Source: Mizuhopecten yessoensis (lineage: Eukaryota). From it: a stretch of 64,000 bases of DNA. Within the stretch, counting starts at the first letter, position 1. Each line of letters begins with the position of its first letter. The notes below the pieces were generated by a model, which did not search any database, was not told where the DNA came from, and saw only the letters and a list, made by a program, of their open reading frames with translations. A program made the translations under genes and the position numbers. Below, in pieces: positions 26,311 to 40,100 of this stretch. The stretch is from the NCBI RefSeq assembly GCF_002113885.1, contig NW_018407191.1, positions 520,744 through 584,743 on the forward strand. Reading direction: 5' to 3'.

Positions 26311-27109
26311 TCCTGCCGGACATGGTGACAGTTTCATCAGAGTCGTGTTGGTACCATTTATGAGGATATCTACGTGACAGGCTTGGTACAGAGGAGTGAG
26401 ACTGGCGTTCGACAGTGTGTCATACATACTGGTCGTATTCCCGAGGTCAGCACATTGGTACGATGGACGATATCCTAAGGACGTAAAATGTATACTGATA
26501 ATTACTGATCGTAAAATAATCATGAGAAAACCGGACAGTATTTTTTTTTCTTCCTAATCGCAAGTTTTCACACAACTTTTCACAAATTATATTAATTGCA
26601 AATGATGCAATTATACTAACTTATTTTGTGGGTAAAAGTTTAGAATAAAAATTAACGAATAAATGAATAAATACAAAAAAATAAAAATAAAAGATCGATA
26701 AATAAATTCATAAAAAATTACAAAAAGTAAATTAAAAACAGAAAAATATAAAAGAAGACCACATTTTCCCCTCAAATCAAATCAATAATAAATGATTTAG
26801 TTAAACTTAATTATTACCAATGACACTGTATTTTAGGGTTTTATTTAAAATAAAAAATGTAGATATAAACAAATGAAAAAAAGTCCTATACAAAATAATG
26901 ATGAGAATAACAAAATAACAGTAAATAAATAAAAAAAAAAGTCCATAAAGCTATTGTTTCGCTCGTAGTTATGGAAATGTATACGCTGGTAACATAATAC
27001 AGTAACATTACGGATGATTTGGCGTGAAACGTAAAAATAAATATTTTGATTACGAAAGTCTATAAAACTAAAGACAGCTGAAGCTTAATACATTTTAGTA
27101 CATCACATG

Positions 27110-27702
27110 ATAATTACTAGGATAGCTATTGGATAACTACCCTTGCTCTATTTGGAATAGTTAGCATCCGCCCTTGACGACGGGAACTATACCTGGAGAC
27201 GGGCACTACACCTTTTTTTGGACCGCTGAGACTGCGGGAAAAGTAGCGTGACGCCAAGAGTTGCGCCCCTTCTCCTAGGGGGCGCTGTTCATATTCTACT
27301 TTCAGTTCATTGTTGTCGTCTGCCAAAATGGCTTCGAGAGTCGGGACCGGGATTGCCGATTGCTTTGCAGAGGCTCAGCAATGTATGAAAACGAAGCAGG
27401 CGACACAATTTACAGTCACAGTCCTTAAAGAGTTCCTCCTGGAAAGGGGAAATGTATGTGATCTTGCGACGATTCAATGCAGTGAATTTAACGGTGTGTT
27501 GGCGGATTTCTATGCCAATATACGCAATGCATTTCCTCGTGTTTGTCTTTTTATGGTCAAATGGCAGTCATGTGATGAACTAAATCTATTATGACCCTTT
27601 CCCTCGGGAACAGTTCTCTTATAGTGTTGTCTGGGGAGGGCACTATACCTCCCCAGACAACACTATAAGAGAACAGTTCCCTCGGGAAAGGGCCATAATA
27701 GA
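27110..27702 (+). mobile_element. Crypton-like (tyrosine recombinase) element remnant with terminal palindrome
   Basis: ORF 27310-27594 (KTKQATQFTVTVLKEFLLERG...EFNGVLADFYANIR) resembles the SAM-like region upstream of Crypton/DUF3504 YR domains. Nested inverted repeat at 27585-27702 with CCCTCGGGA motifs. Confidence 0.6.
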
Positions 27703-29949
27703 ATATTGGTAAATGCTAACTTTGTTTTGAACACCAATCGTAATGGTAAACTTCTTTGGCGAGCTTTTGAAAACGTCGGTTTCCTTTGACAAGAAAAGAG
27801 ATCAGGGGACCGGTGTCTCGACCCAAACCAGAACAACTGATTGAGTAGTCTCGTTCAACCAGACTCTTGTTGTCTGAGCAAGCTACGCCGAACAGAAAAT
27901 TACAAGTGATCAAGCGTCTGGTTGAACGAGCTATTGACTGAGCCACAATCTGACGAAACAGGAAATTCAGAATGTATCGAAATATTTCACCATATAGCGC
28001 TATGTTGAATTTCATTCCGAAACATTTTGGTATTCTAGAAAAATAAATTAAATGGGTTAAATTATTTTAGCAAACAAAGAAACTCTATCGTTTCAGACAA
28101 AGCAATGTTAGGCTCGATATCATTATTGTCGTTTGGTATATGACGTAACAAAATGGATGACGATGATGACGTCAGAACCGAACCAGTGGTACTCGTTTGT
28201 AACACACAAAATTTTAATAGACTCAATAGGGGAGCAAATAGCAGGAAACGTTGGACAAAATCAGAAATCAAACTCATTATGAATCGAAAAGACAACATAT
28301 ATGAGACACCAAAATGAAAAACTGAAATAAACAAAAGGCACCATGAATTCCCTCAAAAGTACAAAAGAGAAACCATATTATAAGGAAAAAACATCGTTAT
28401 ATATAAAATAGATCAAGTTGATAAGATACTTGTCTATCATAAATTTCATAAACGGCAGTGATGTAGATTCAGTAAAATCTTTTTAGAAAGGATCCCATAC
28501 CACAAACAAAAAACTATACCTTATAGGACTTTTATGAAAAAGTATAAAAATGAAAATAAGCAAAATACAATCAGCAATAGTGTTTTGGTTGTGAAACGTT
28601 GAGCGGGGCTAGACCAGGATTTGAACTCTTGGCCGGCTTTAGGTTGTGTTATCGCACCTCGGACAAAATTGTTGCATCTGATTGGTTAAAATCGGGTCAC
28701 GTGGTGACCCCCTATGAGACTATAGGGGTCAGTAAAATTTCTTAGGCGGCAATTTGGCGGCCCTTGTCTGTCGCTTCGAAATTTAAACAAATCAGGTCTA
28801 AAATACGCCTTCCCAAATATCCCCGAACGAAGACCTTCCTGTGTGTATTTTTCGCACAGAATTGTCCTGAAAAGGTTAAAAAAAACGTTTAAAAACATTT
28901 ATAAGAGTTGCCTCCCCTATGCCCTCGTCCTCACTCCCTATGAATTTGACTGACCCTTTATGGTTCCATTGTAGGTCAGTAACAAACCATTTAACTAATA
29001 ATATGCAGTTACATCAAAAACAAAATTAAGGGGAGGTTACTGTATACATGTAAACCATATTATGCAGTGGGACAGGGATCCTTATTTTCCACCAATGGAG
29101 TTATATTTGCATTATTCATCAAACAAATACTGTTGACGACATCAAAATAAAAAATAAGTCGCCACGTGCGAATTGAACACATGTTTCATATCTCGCAAAA
29201 TCATAATTGTAAAACACAAACGTTACAATAATTATTCGTGAAAAGTTTATAACATACAATATGAAAAGGTTATTCTGATGGCCGAAAATATTGTTACGCA
29301 CTGTTAATCAAAAACAGTACATTTGATTATATTTACCAATGAACACTATGATCATTAGTTGGAAGGCCTCGCTCCCATAGGTCGCCATGTGTAAGGCCAT
29401 CTGAATTCGCTGGTAACGCCCCCATGTTCCTAGTGTACGCCAGATGTTGTCCAGAAAGTGCTGGTCAGTCATGGTCAGTGCGGGACAACTGATGCTGTAT
29501 GTGTCTTAAACATTTGTTATACTACACAGCTATGACGAAATAATGTAATAAGTAATCAATAATGTGATACAACATATCACAAACCAACAAGGAAGCATCC
29601 GAAAGACATCAGAGCAAAGTCAATGATGTCAAATTCTCTCGGAACATCTCTTTGTTTATGTTACAGACATGAGCTATTGTCATGTGCTTTATTCATACCA
29701 GTATCCTTTCTAGGGAACACTGACTTTTTTAGTGACTTACTTTTATATTCGCAGGTCAAAATATCTATCTCGTGTAATATACATGCTATTCAAAGGTGTT
29801 ATTCTTGTCACGAACCATAAAGAGTTGCCCGATGGACCGGACACAAAATATTCATTTACTAGTATGAAATCCCACGCTCACGCCTGATGATGAACCCTGT
29901 CGTCTAAGTAAAACATTCATATGGTGAACTTTGCTAGTTCCTACATTTT

Positions 29950-30315
29950 AGGGTACATTCGCGTATAAGGTTGAAACGGTTGAACCGGTTGAACTTGTAA
30001 AGAAAACGACAGATCTGAAGCGTGGCTGACCTCAGGAAAATTTGGCACGTGTAGATTGAGGGGTCCAGACGTACCTAGCCGAAACTAAAATGCTGACTAT
30101 TGCCAGTTTGCGTTATTTCTTTCTAAAACAATGTCAAGTCACATGTAGTTTTTAAGATACGTTATGTAGCTCAGTGGACGGATGAAAGAAGGTCCTAATA
30201 TTCTTGATACACTGTTTTTTTATTCTCCGAAACTGTGCATTTTTAGTTTTCTGCATATCGTGGAATATTTCTGCGCCACACGTACCGTTTCAACCGGGAT
30301 ATGCGAATGCAGCCT
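29950..30315. mobile_element. PIF/Harbinger-like MITE upstream of SLC22-A
   Basis: TIRs AGGGTACATTCGCGTATAAGGTTGAAACGGT and ACCGTTTCAACCGGGATATGCGAATGCAGCCT in a TTA/TAA context. Confidence 0.6.
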
Positions 30316-30431
30316 AAGTAATAACATGTACCCGGTTTGTGTAGCATTCGGGACTAGCGAAATGTAAACAATAAAAGTTATCCAATTTTCGGAGATCTTG
30401 TGTGTCAGAATTTAATTCAATTAAATGTATT

Positions 30432-31314
30432 TGTAATGTTGTATAATAATATGTCCGGTATAGAGGCCAGTAGTGTGACGTCAGTATATATCTATTATAT
30501 GATACCTTTGTATGACTTTAGGTAGATGAGAGAGCGACGACACCGACGACTGACAAGAGTATAAGTGAGGTATAAACTCGGGTTTTTTTTCGATTTACAA
30601 ACTTACCTGTCGATCTATTCTATTTGTCCTTTCTCCTGTCCGGCGTGCGGTATTTCCCGCGAGCAGTATCTGATATTCTTTGTACGGTATTATATATCAT
30701 TTTAAATAAAACATGTATGTGTGCAAACGCGGGGTTTACCTGAGTGACCGCCATTACACCGGTAGGTACGTATACGATTGTATTTAATTTATGTTTAAAG
30801 AGTTGAATACGTGTACAGACTTATATATGAGCTGGACATGCAGACAGCCTTCTGCCACACAGAGGTGATTATTTCATTATAAGTCATAAAAATCCCAATA
30901 TGTATATATCCTTTTTTAATGTCCTGTAACAGTGTGTACGTCCGTGAATGGTTTTCACCATTTGCTAGTTACGTCAAAAGTAAATGCCAATAGGCCATAT
31001 GTGTAAAGGTGAAATGTAATACATATTGTAACTAATAGATAAGGAAATAGTATATCTCCTATTTCCAATTCATTATTTGTTATCATATCATTCCCGGCAC
31101 ATAATTTACAGCTAAGTGCTAATTGTCAGATTGTACTCGTATCTGATATATGTGTATCGATAGTGTTATGTGTACGTGTAGTAACAGTCTTGTATTTTGT
31201 ATCGTTGCAGGGTAAAATATTTATCTACAATAAACCACTGGTTCAGAATCAAAACGTCGAGCTTGGGTTGTTTATTCATCCCCAAATATCCCTCGATTTT
31301 TTACCAGAATAACA
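30432..31314 (+). mobile_element. Possible solo LTR
   Basis: TGT...AACA ends and AATAAA at ~31229 followed by a U5-like stretch. No clean target-site duplication found. Confidence 0.3.
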
Positions 31315-31409
31315 AAATATATTTTTACCACACACTATAAATCACCATTCTATAAGAGAGATATTTTAATATCAATTGCCGATTGCCGATCGCGACTTAT
31401 AATGTCTCA

Positions 31410-32250
31410 CGAGAAATTTACATCAGAAGAAGAAATTCCATTCCTGGACATCCTTATCGAAAAAAGAACTGACGGTTTCATCAAATTGCTGGTATACAGA
31501 AAAAAAACACTCGCACAGATCAGTACCTCAGCTTCAATTCACACTATTCATCGCATCAGAAGTTCGGGGTAGTTCGCCCTCTCCTGGACAGATGCAATAT
31601 CATCGTAACTGAACAGGAATACATTGAAATGGAAAAGCGACATATCATCCCAAATGGTCGATAAGGAAAGTAAAAAAAAAAATGGAAAATAAAAGCAATA
31701 CAAATGACCCCCAGAAACAAAAACGTACAGACGCAGAGAGAAAAAGTGACGGCATGGTCACTATCTCATACACTTTCAAGAGTGTTGCGCAAATATCACA
31801 TCAGCACGCCCTTGAGACCACACAACACTATCAAACAACTATTAGTTCATCCGAAGGCAAATTGCCGAAGGAAGATAAAACAGGGGTGGTTTACCAGATT
31901 CCATGTCACAGCTGTAACCTTACATACATCGGGGAAACTGGCCGGAAATTTGGGACACGCCTTAAAGAACATTAGAAAGACGGTGAGGCAATGAAACAGC
32001 AAGTCGACACTAGAAATACAAGGGAAACATCGGAGAAACAATACGATAACTCAGCTATTGCAGACCATGCTAACACACACAATCGCATCATAGATTGAAC
32101 AATAATCGCAAGTGCTTGAAAGGGAGGACAACTGGATAGTCCGGAAAATCAAAGAGTCCATCTGGGTTAGGAAGGAAGGGATTTCGATGAATAGCGACGA
32201 AGGGGGTCACCAGCTGAGTCACCTCTATGACCCCATTTTAACATCCTCTT
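31410..32250 (+). mobile_element. Penelope-like retroelement fragment (RT thumb plus C-terminal GIY-YIG endonuclease), decayed
   Basis: IPFLDILI, VYRKK..TDQYL, GVVYQIPCHSCNLTYIGETGRKFGTRLKEH, SAIADHA, RKIKESIW, DEGGHQLSHLYDPIL, read across frameshifts. Confidence 0.9.
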
Positions 32251-33034
32251 AATATAGGACCAATCCTTCTGGCTGCCTTTATAGTGCAATTGGGCGAAAT
32301 GTCTCTATGGTTTTTGACAGCTGACTTAACTGATTCGGCACAGTGTGGCTAAGTGATTTGTTTTCAGCGGTTTAGAGTCGAGACACTGGTCATTTGCAAA
32401 ATTCAAAAATCTGTACACTTTCTTAAATGTACTTAATGGTAATGCTAATTCTAACTTCATGCTAGTGTTTATGTTCAGTGCAGTGACATTTCATTTACAG
32501 TGATTTTCGTAAACTTTGGGATCTGTTGCAGTATATTTTTGTCATCATGCATAATAAAAACATTTTTTTTAGTTATAAAGAATATGACATTACAACTATG
32601 TGTTTGCGATTCTTCAATGCAACTGTCTATTTTCTTTATTAGAACGGAATGCTATAATTTGTTTTAACTAAATATATTGAAGTACCTTTTGCTATAATAA
32701 ATGTTCTGATGTATTTCAATGAAGTCCCCGAATACACATTTAAATTTTTGATTTGATGTTATGTTAAAAGCTATGAATTCAAAACTTCAGCTGAAAGGGT
32801 TTGCACACAGCGTGGTAGTCCATGATTGAAATCCATATGTCATCTGGGATGGTACATGCATCACACCTCTAAAGTATTTCTTAAAATAAACATGTACAAA
32901 TTATATACATTGCTACTTCAGGGCAGCCCTTGAAGATTTCATTTCTCGGTAGCCTCAGTATTTTTTGCAGATCCTAATGTGAATATTTAAAAACTAAAGA
33001 GCCATTTTGAAGATTCAACTTATATTAATCACTC

Positions 33035-33140
33035 TTGCGGAAGAAAACGTATGCATCCGGAGAAAAACCCGCGCGGTCAGGCAGGTGACTTTTTACCTTC
33101 TTCACGTCCGACCGGAGAATCGAACTCCGGTCGTCTTGCG
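33035..33140 (-). mobile_element. tRNA-derived SINE fragment, same family as 47715
   Basis: Minus-strand B box GAGTTCGATTC followed by GGTCGGACGTGAAGAAGG..GTCACCTGCCTGACC and GGGTTTTTCTCCGGAT. Confidence 0.55.
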
Positions 33141-34140
33141 TTATCCGATTGCGTCGCCCAACCGAATTTAATTTGGAGATACCGTCGCATAAAAATGTTC
33201 AATGGTACTTTAACTCGATTATGATTTACATGGCGGGTGTCATCGATGAAGCAGAAAACGCTTACCCCTCCGATACACATGGTCTTATTCTCCTTGTGCT
33301 TTTGTGAACCTTTCCTTTGTTCATATGTTGCCCTAGTTTTATCAATTTTGAGTTCGAATCATTGTTTTATTGACGCTTTTGTATTCCCTTGTTGTCTTTT
33401 GCCCCGAAGTAATCTATAAATGAATCATCGGGCTACATGCACATGTAAAGGCGAGTTGGAGCCAGGGTTCTTATTCATGAAACCATTTCCGTGCTCAAGC
33501 ATAAATTCCCTGCTCAAACCATTTTTATTTCAAAAAATCATATAAATCTGTCAGAAAGTATAGTCTATCCATTGAAAGCGTTGGTTGGCTTATTTTTCCC
33601 CAAAATTCTTTCAAAGCATGGGACAAAAATGGGAAATTTGAATAATTTCACCGAAACAAGCAATAGGTCTGAGAACAAATCTGAGTTTGGTAATGAGTTT
33701 TCATGATTATGGGCCCTTGTTCTTTGTACTACTCTGAACAATGCATTAAAGCATTCATGTTGACGTCAACGCCAACAGACAGGTCTTAATCGACCAAATA
33801 CATAATACAGTAATTCTAATTCATATAATAAAAGATAAACAATATTAGTTCATGTACATCATGAAACATATTTATACCAGCTGAATTTATGGAATACTTC
33901 TCTTAAAAAGGACTTAAACAAATATTTCAAATAATGCTGATAACGTGGAATAGCACAAATTAACAAAATAATACTGTGTATTGCACAAATACAACAATTG
34001 ATGAGTAACACATGTATTTTCATTTCTGAAGAAATGAACCAATGCATAATCTTACAGCATTTAATGTTATGAATGATACAAACAGGTGGTTCGATTACTG
34101 TTTATCTCGGTGAGGTGTATCCTTCGAAATACGAAGAGTT

Positions 34141-37100
34141 CTAAAGTGAAGTATCTACAGTCTTTTTCCGTTGCATTCCGCTGTGTTGTTTATACCAGCG
34201 CTCCAATTCTTCAACTGTGGTCGGGAGCTCGTGGCCGGTCGGCTCGGGCAACAGAGGCAAAAGCATAGCAACTGTTAGACACATTATTCCAAATATTGCA
34301 CCTGGAGCCCAACTTATTCTTTCAGCCTATAAACAAAATACATACAAATAACAAAACGACGATCCCATTAGTTGACCGTACACAGTCGTGTCGTATTAAG
34401 TTGTCGTTTATTTACAACTTTGACACACGAACTAATTTAACGTAACTTCATAAATGATAACATTTTTGTGAGAAAAGCATACAATATAATAGCATAAAAA
34501 TGGTAGAACTTCCCCGAGTAAGTCATTAAAAATATCGCGAGGCCTTCCAGACTAGCGTGATGTAATGAGAACATGGTGCTAAAGAAAACGCGAATTATCC
34601 CAACACTTGGTTGATACGGTTACAGTTCCGTTGTCGCGCTAAATTGTTCCTGTTGAATTAACATTTATATCTCACTCGTTTGGAAATATTAACCGATACG
34701 TTCACTCGTGCTTTGCACTGGTGATAAAAAATCATTATTCTGCTGCACATAAGAAATTATTATGGTATTCAACAGGAAATTTTTAAATATCTTTGTATGC
34801 TTACACCATGAACGAATTTGAAATAACAACCATGCGAAAATAAACCTTTATATTAGCAAGATATACCGAATGTACTTACCAGCGGACCAGCAAAGGGTGC
34901 CAACATTCCACCTATTCGTCCGGCAGCGGATGAAAATCCAATGCCAACATTCCTGAATAGAATGATTTTAATAGTTGAATTATGTCCCTAAGGAAATATC
35001 TGACTTCTATGTCATCCGCTCTCTTGGATTTAGAGAAGTTTCCCGAGAGTCAAAAATGCGCTGATGTATTCATAATGATGATGGAGCTAGGGTCAAAAAA
35101 GTTGGAAATCCGAACAGGTCTAAACTATGTTGAAACAGAATGGAAAGTTTATTAAAACCGTCAATTCCACAAATTTAAAACAAAAATAGAGGAGTTCTGG
35201 TTAATTTCAAATTCATTGCTAAAGTGTGTATATTATGAACCGTGTCAATACTCAAAAATTGGTTTGAGTATTGGCATAAGACGTTTGCGAGTAATTGTTT
35301 TATAAATTATACTGACAGAGTTGATATGTGATTGAATATGTAAGTGTGTTATTGCAGGTTGTGATAAATATTGTTTTCTATTTTGCTTATTGACCACATG
35401 TGTTGTTCTACAATCCATTGTTGTCGTGTTACGCTGTAGTGTGCGTATAAACAACAACCCATTTGCAAGTTATAAACGAGTGTCTGTTCGTATTGATTAA
35501 GAAGTTCCATCAGATCGTCTACTTCTAACTTTTCGCCTGCTCTTTTCTTTCAACGTCTTTCTTGTCCATTCCTAAATTCATCTACCTTTTCGAAAAAATA
35601 TCCCCGCTTTTGGCTTTAGTTTTGTTGAGCATGCACCGAAGTGTAATGCGAGCGGGAACATGCACGGCCAGACTTTGGATCGAACCCGGGACCTTTCGAA
35701 CTCTAGACGGACGCTCTACCAATTGAACTACCTGATCGCCGACGATCGACCCAGTCCAGTTCCGCTACATTCCTCCTGTCTTTTTCTAAGTCTTCGCCCT
35801 TGAAGACACAACTATTTACAACGTTTGTTTGGGTATCCCCTTGTTAAGCATTCACCTAGTACTTGAAACAAGGTTTGGTCACAGGCAGCAAATGTTTTAG
35901 GAGCGGGAAAAATTCACGGCAAAACAGGGGTTCGCACCCGGGACCTTCCCAACTCTAGACGGACGCCCTTCCAATTGAGGTACCTGGTTGCTTATATTCG
36001 ACCTAGTCAGTTCCACTACATTAGAACATATCTTCTTCTGAATCATAATGCACCGTATCAACATCGAAGACAAATGAGTCGTCGAAGATATAGGTCTAAA
36101 TTTCTTTTCATGACGTTTGACTTTCTCCTTGTCTTCACTGTTTTTTCTTTTAAAAATCTGGGCACCCGCGTTGAACGTCTCTTTGTTGATAGCGTATACG
36201 TATATTCTAACAATCAGACCATAGTCGCCACAGTATCGTTACCTTGTCGGCCATGTTGTAACTTCTGAATGGTCAATATATACATGTAAGTCACCAATAC
36301 AAATCTGTACGGGTTGGTGGTAGCCTATTCGAAGTAGCGTTTCAAGTGATGGGTAAGTCCGAGTACATATGTCGTGTAAGTGTCAGTATTTGCCATCCTC
36401 CTTTTAAGTTGTTTAATGCCACCATTGACCAATGACGCCGACTATCCCCGAAATAATATGAATCCATTATTCAGGATAACACGAACAATAGTGTGACCCA
36501 GACAGCTCTATGTAATTCCGCCTCACTTTTGAATATTCCTGGTGTCACCAGTCTATGGCAGGTGACCAAGATTTTGAAGAAAATATCTTCAAATTGTCGT
36601 TTCTTTTGGTGGTTTGAGTTTTATAGCGTCGACAGTAAAACTCAATTTTAGACAGTATAATCACAAATATTGCCGCCATTTTAATAAATAATAAGGTTTT
36701 CCAAGGCATTCATCTTATGCTAACCATGATCTCATTTAGAAATAAGCTATTTCTTTGTGTGATATGAAGGTCGATGCCTTTTATTATGCTCATTAGTGTG
36801 CCTTGTCGATTTGTTGAAATTAAGCGAGTTCTAGATGTGAGGAGGTGATGTTTCTTGGATGTTTACCTGATTTACAAGACGGGTGTCATAGATGAAACGA
36901 AATTCACGTACAATGCAGTTACCCGTCTGGAACTCCTGATCTTTTTCTCCTTGTACTGTGTTCATTTTGCCTTAATCGTATCGGTATTGAGTTCGAATTA
37001 TTGTTTGTTTACGCTTCGGTATTCTCTTGTAGCTTTTTGTTTTCGTTTTTGTTTTTAACTGATCATCATTATGAATACATTATTTTATAATTGTCCCTCT

Positions 37101-40100
37101 TAGGAAAAACCTTCAAAAATCCAAGAAGGCGGGTTACATAGACATAAAAGAAAAATAGGGGTCAACAAAGACGACCAGGACTACTCCGGTATTCAAATAT
37201 TTAACAAGCATAAGATTTCAGCATTAAACTGTAAAGAAAACATATTGATTTGTACTCATAGAAATCGGAAACATTCGTTTTTCATCGGCGGTGAATAGTT
37301 CAACGCTGATCTCATTTGAAGATATCCAAATTGAATAACAGATATATATTCAAAACGAACGTTAAATAAAGAAAGCTCAGTACGAACAATCCGCAGATTT
37401 CGCCGTGTTTGCACAGAGCAGTGTGTTACCTGAGATTTGTAGGGTATAATTCTGGAGTGAAGAGGAATATTGTGCTGAAAGAGCCAGCAATGGCCATTTT
37501 CCCGAGAAAATAGAATATCATCAATGCTACGTTAGCACCAGCTCTATCTTCAAAGAGATAAGAAAAACACAATGATTGTAATGGGTATGTCAATCATGAA
37601 CTGTTAAATAATTTTATATACATTTATCACATACCTGTTGAATCTTGTTATAGTAATACAAGTAATTTTCATATCATGAAATACAACGTTCTGTATTGCA
37701 CATGTGCAATACGGAATGTTGTATTTACCTACTAGCCGGAACTACTTTTTATGGTAATCCCCTTGTCATGGCGAACTGAAAAATTCCCGGTATTTGTAAA
37801 ATATATCGATCTCTACCAAATACGGAAGGTATGTGATTAAAGCAAGACCACACACTTGTGTTTTTCTAACGAATCAGAAAGCACTCATTTATTTTCGGGG
37901 ACGTATATATTCACTCGTTGCGCTCCGCGCACTCGTGAATATATTCGTCCGCGCAATAAATTCATGCTTTCTGATTCGCTAGAAAAATACAAGTCTTTCA
38001 TATATATCTATTTTAGGCGTTGTCATTTTCGCGGTTCAATAGTAAAAATGCTCGATAACAATTGTTTTAATAAATATTGTATACAAAGTGACTTTGATGT
38101 TGCATATATATTTTATTTTGGAGTTTGCAGTGATGCATGTAGAACATTTGTAAGTCGACATACTGTTTTTAAGATATTGACATAGCGTCAGTTATATATT
38201 TTATTTAGGAGTAAAAGTGAAAACAGCACTACGTCAAATCAATGAGTAGGTAATAAGTAGCATTTTCTGCAATTCACTTGCTATCTTGTTTCTTGGAAAA
38301 CGATTCATTAACGACAATTGTTTCATTTTGCATAAATAGCTGAAAGTCATTATAACACCCAGGTATTACCACGGTGAAAAATTTTGTAACCTACTTACAT
38401 GATAATCATCCCGGAAGATGTGACATTTTAATAAATTATGTGTACAGATTTTCTAAACAAATATGCCGACGCACGTAGCTCTTGAGCAACCGTATGGTGC
38501 AGTAAAATGGTTAATTTATTGGCTTTCAGCATCTTGTCACAACAACAGGGTCACAATACGCTTCATTTTCCGTATTTCTAATGATTGTATCAAGTTTTCT
38601 TTCTGTCTTACCCTTTAAATCCAAAACAAAATCGCTAAAACAGATGTAACGTCACGCTACCACAATTGGTACGCTACCCTAATCGGTACACAGTCAGAAA
38701 AGGGTTCGAACGGTACTTTAAAATAAAAATTATGTATTTTGTGAGATATTTATCAGCATTGCCGCAAAATAGTTTTGTTTTCAGCGACATTTTAAGAGTA
38801 CATGATTACTTTAAAGCAAACATGTCTGAAAACCAGAAAAAAAACCGACGTAAGTCGACGAAAATTTTAGTTCAGTAAGGTATTTATAAAAAGAATTATT
38901 TTTTATGCAATCAGAGCATCAACTAGTATAATTCAAGTTTCATAGCATGTGATAAGTAAGGTGTATTTTCATCATTGTCGAAAAATGGACGAAATCTCAC
39001 AGCGAGTTTAGCGTTCTATTTTTAAAAACAAATTTTCTTACATTTATAACTTATTCCTGAAAAATAAACCTACATGGACAGTCTTTGTCAAGAACAAGGA
39101 AACATTCCAGATACATTATCTGTATTTTTAATAATCACTGGAAAACTGTCAAAATTGTACCAATTGTGGTGGCGTGACGATACACAATCTACTGCTGGAC
39201 GTATAGACAGTATGTAAATTTAAGGATCAGTGAGACAATATGTAATGTTAACGATAATGAAATGACTCGTATATGCGAGGATTATTTTGATAAGGAAGGA
39301 TCTTGTGTATAGGGTGATGTCTAATCTTATCAATACGTAACCACTAGCATGAATCTGGAGTAAATAATGCCATATGGTCAATTCTAACTTGCTTACCTGA
39401 TAAATAATTTGCGACAGTTCCCGCTATGAGCGACACGGCTGCCACGGCATGGAATATGATACACAACTTCTTTCTACCTAGTCTGAACAATAAAGAAAAA
39501 ATGTGTATGATGATCATAATAATAAGCGAATATTTATGAAAAGTTCAATGTCACCAGGCGCGATATTCTGCTGTCCGGACAGAGTGCAGCCAATACACTT
39601 ATTTGGCACCATGTGGACCTTTTTTCCGCTTTCAATAATTGGGTCTTTTTCTTAAAAAATGTTTTATAGAAAATTTTATACTGTAAAACCTCGATTTAAT
39701 GCCCTTTGTTTGATTTTCTACTTCGATTACCGCCAATATATTTCAAGGTCCATTTTTCTTGATTTTCCTTTCGAATTTCCGTTTCCTACGTTTCCACAAG
39801 TTTATTGCCAAACCCTTTATAATGCCAAAAGTCATTTGGACAAATAGTGGCAGTATAAAGAGGTTGTTTGGAATCGGTATTTAATAATGTTGAATTAGGT
39901 AATTGTGTGTACGTTGTATGGATCTCATTCTTTATTCATCGATTTGATAATAAAATATAATGCAATTAATTTAATAGCCAATTTAAGACATTTTAACAGC
40001 GCGAAATTAAGTAACAAACTGCGAAAAAAACATGAAAAGCTGTACCCCAAACCCATTTTCAGTTTCTTATTAGGTTTTTATTTCGTTTAATATATTTGCG

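Larger units (their letters stand above)
12931..29472 (-). pseudogene. SLC22-family (organic cation/anion transporter-like, MFS) paralogue A; 10 exons with a premature stop in exon 9 (null allele or young pseudogene)
   Basis: Exons 29472-29337, 26474-26269, 24436-24206, 19197-18995, 17913-17602, 16383-16249, 15887-15802, 15067-14950, 13679-13619, 13116-12931. All GT-AG, same phases as paralogue B. Motifs WNLVC, SDRFGRK, ESVRWLL, PELYPTNLR, GRIGGMLAPF. In-frame TAA at 13675-13673 truncates the protein to 477 aa. Confidence 0.85.

Noticed and set aside
35660-35742. tRNA-like sequences here and at ~35915 and 47715
   Set aside because: Acceptor and T stems do not pair properly; they are parts of mobile elements, not functional tRNA genes.
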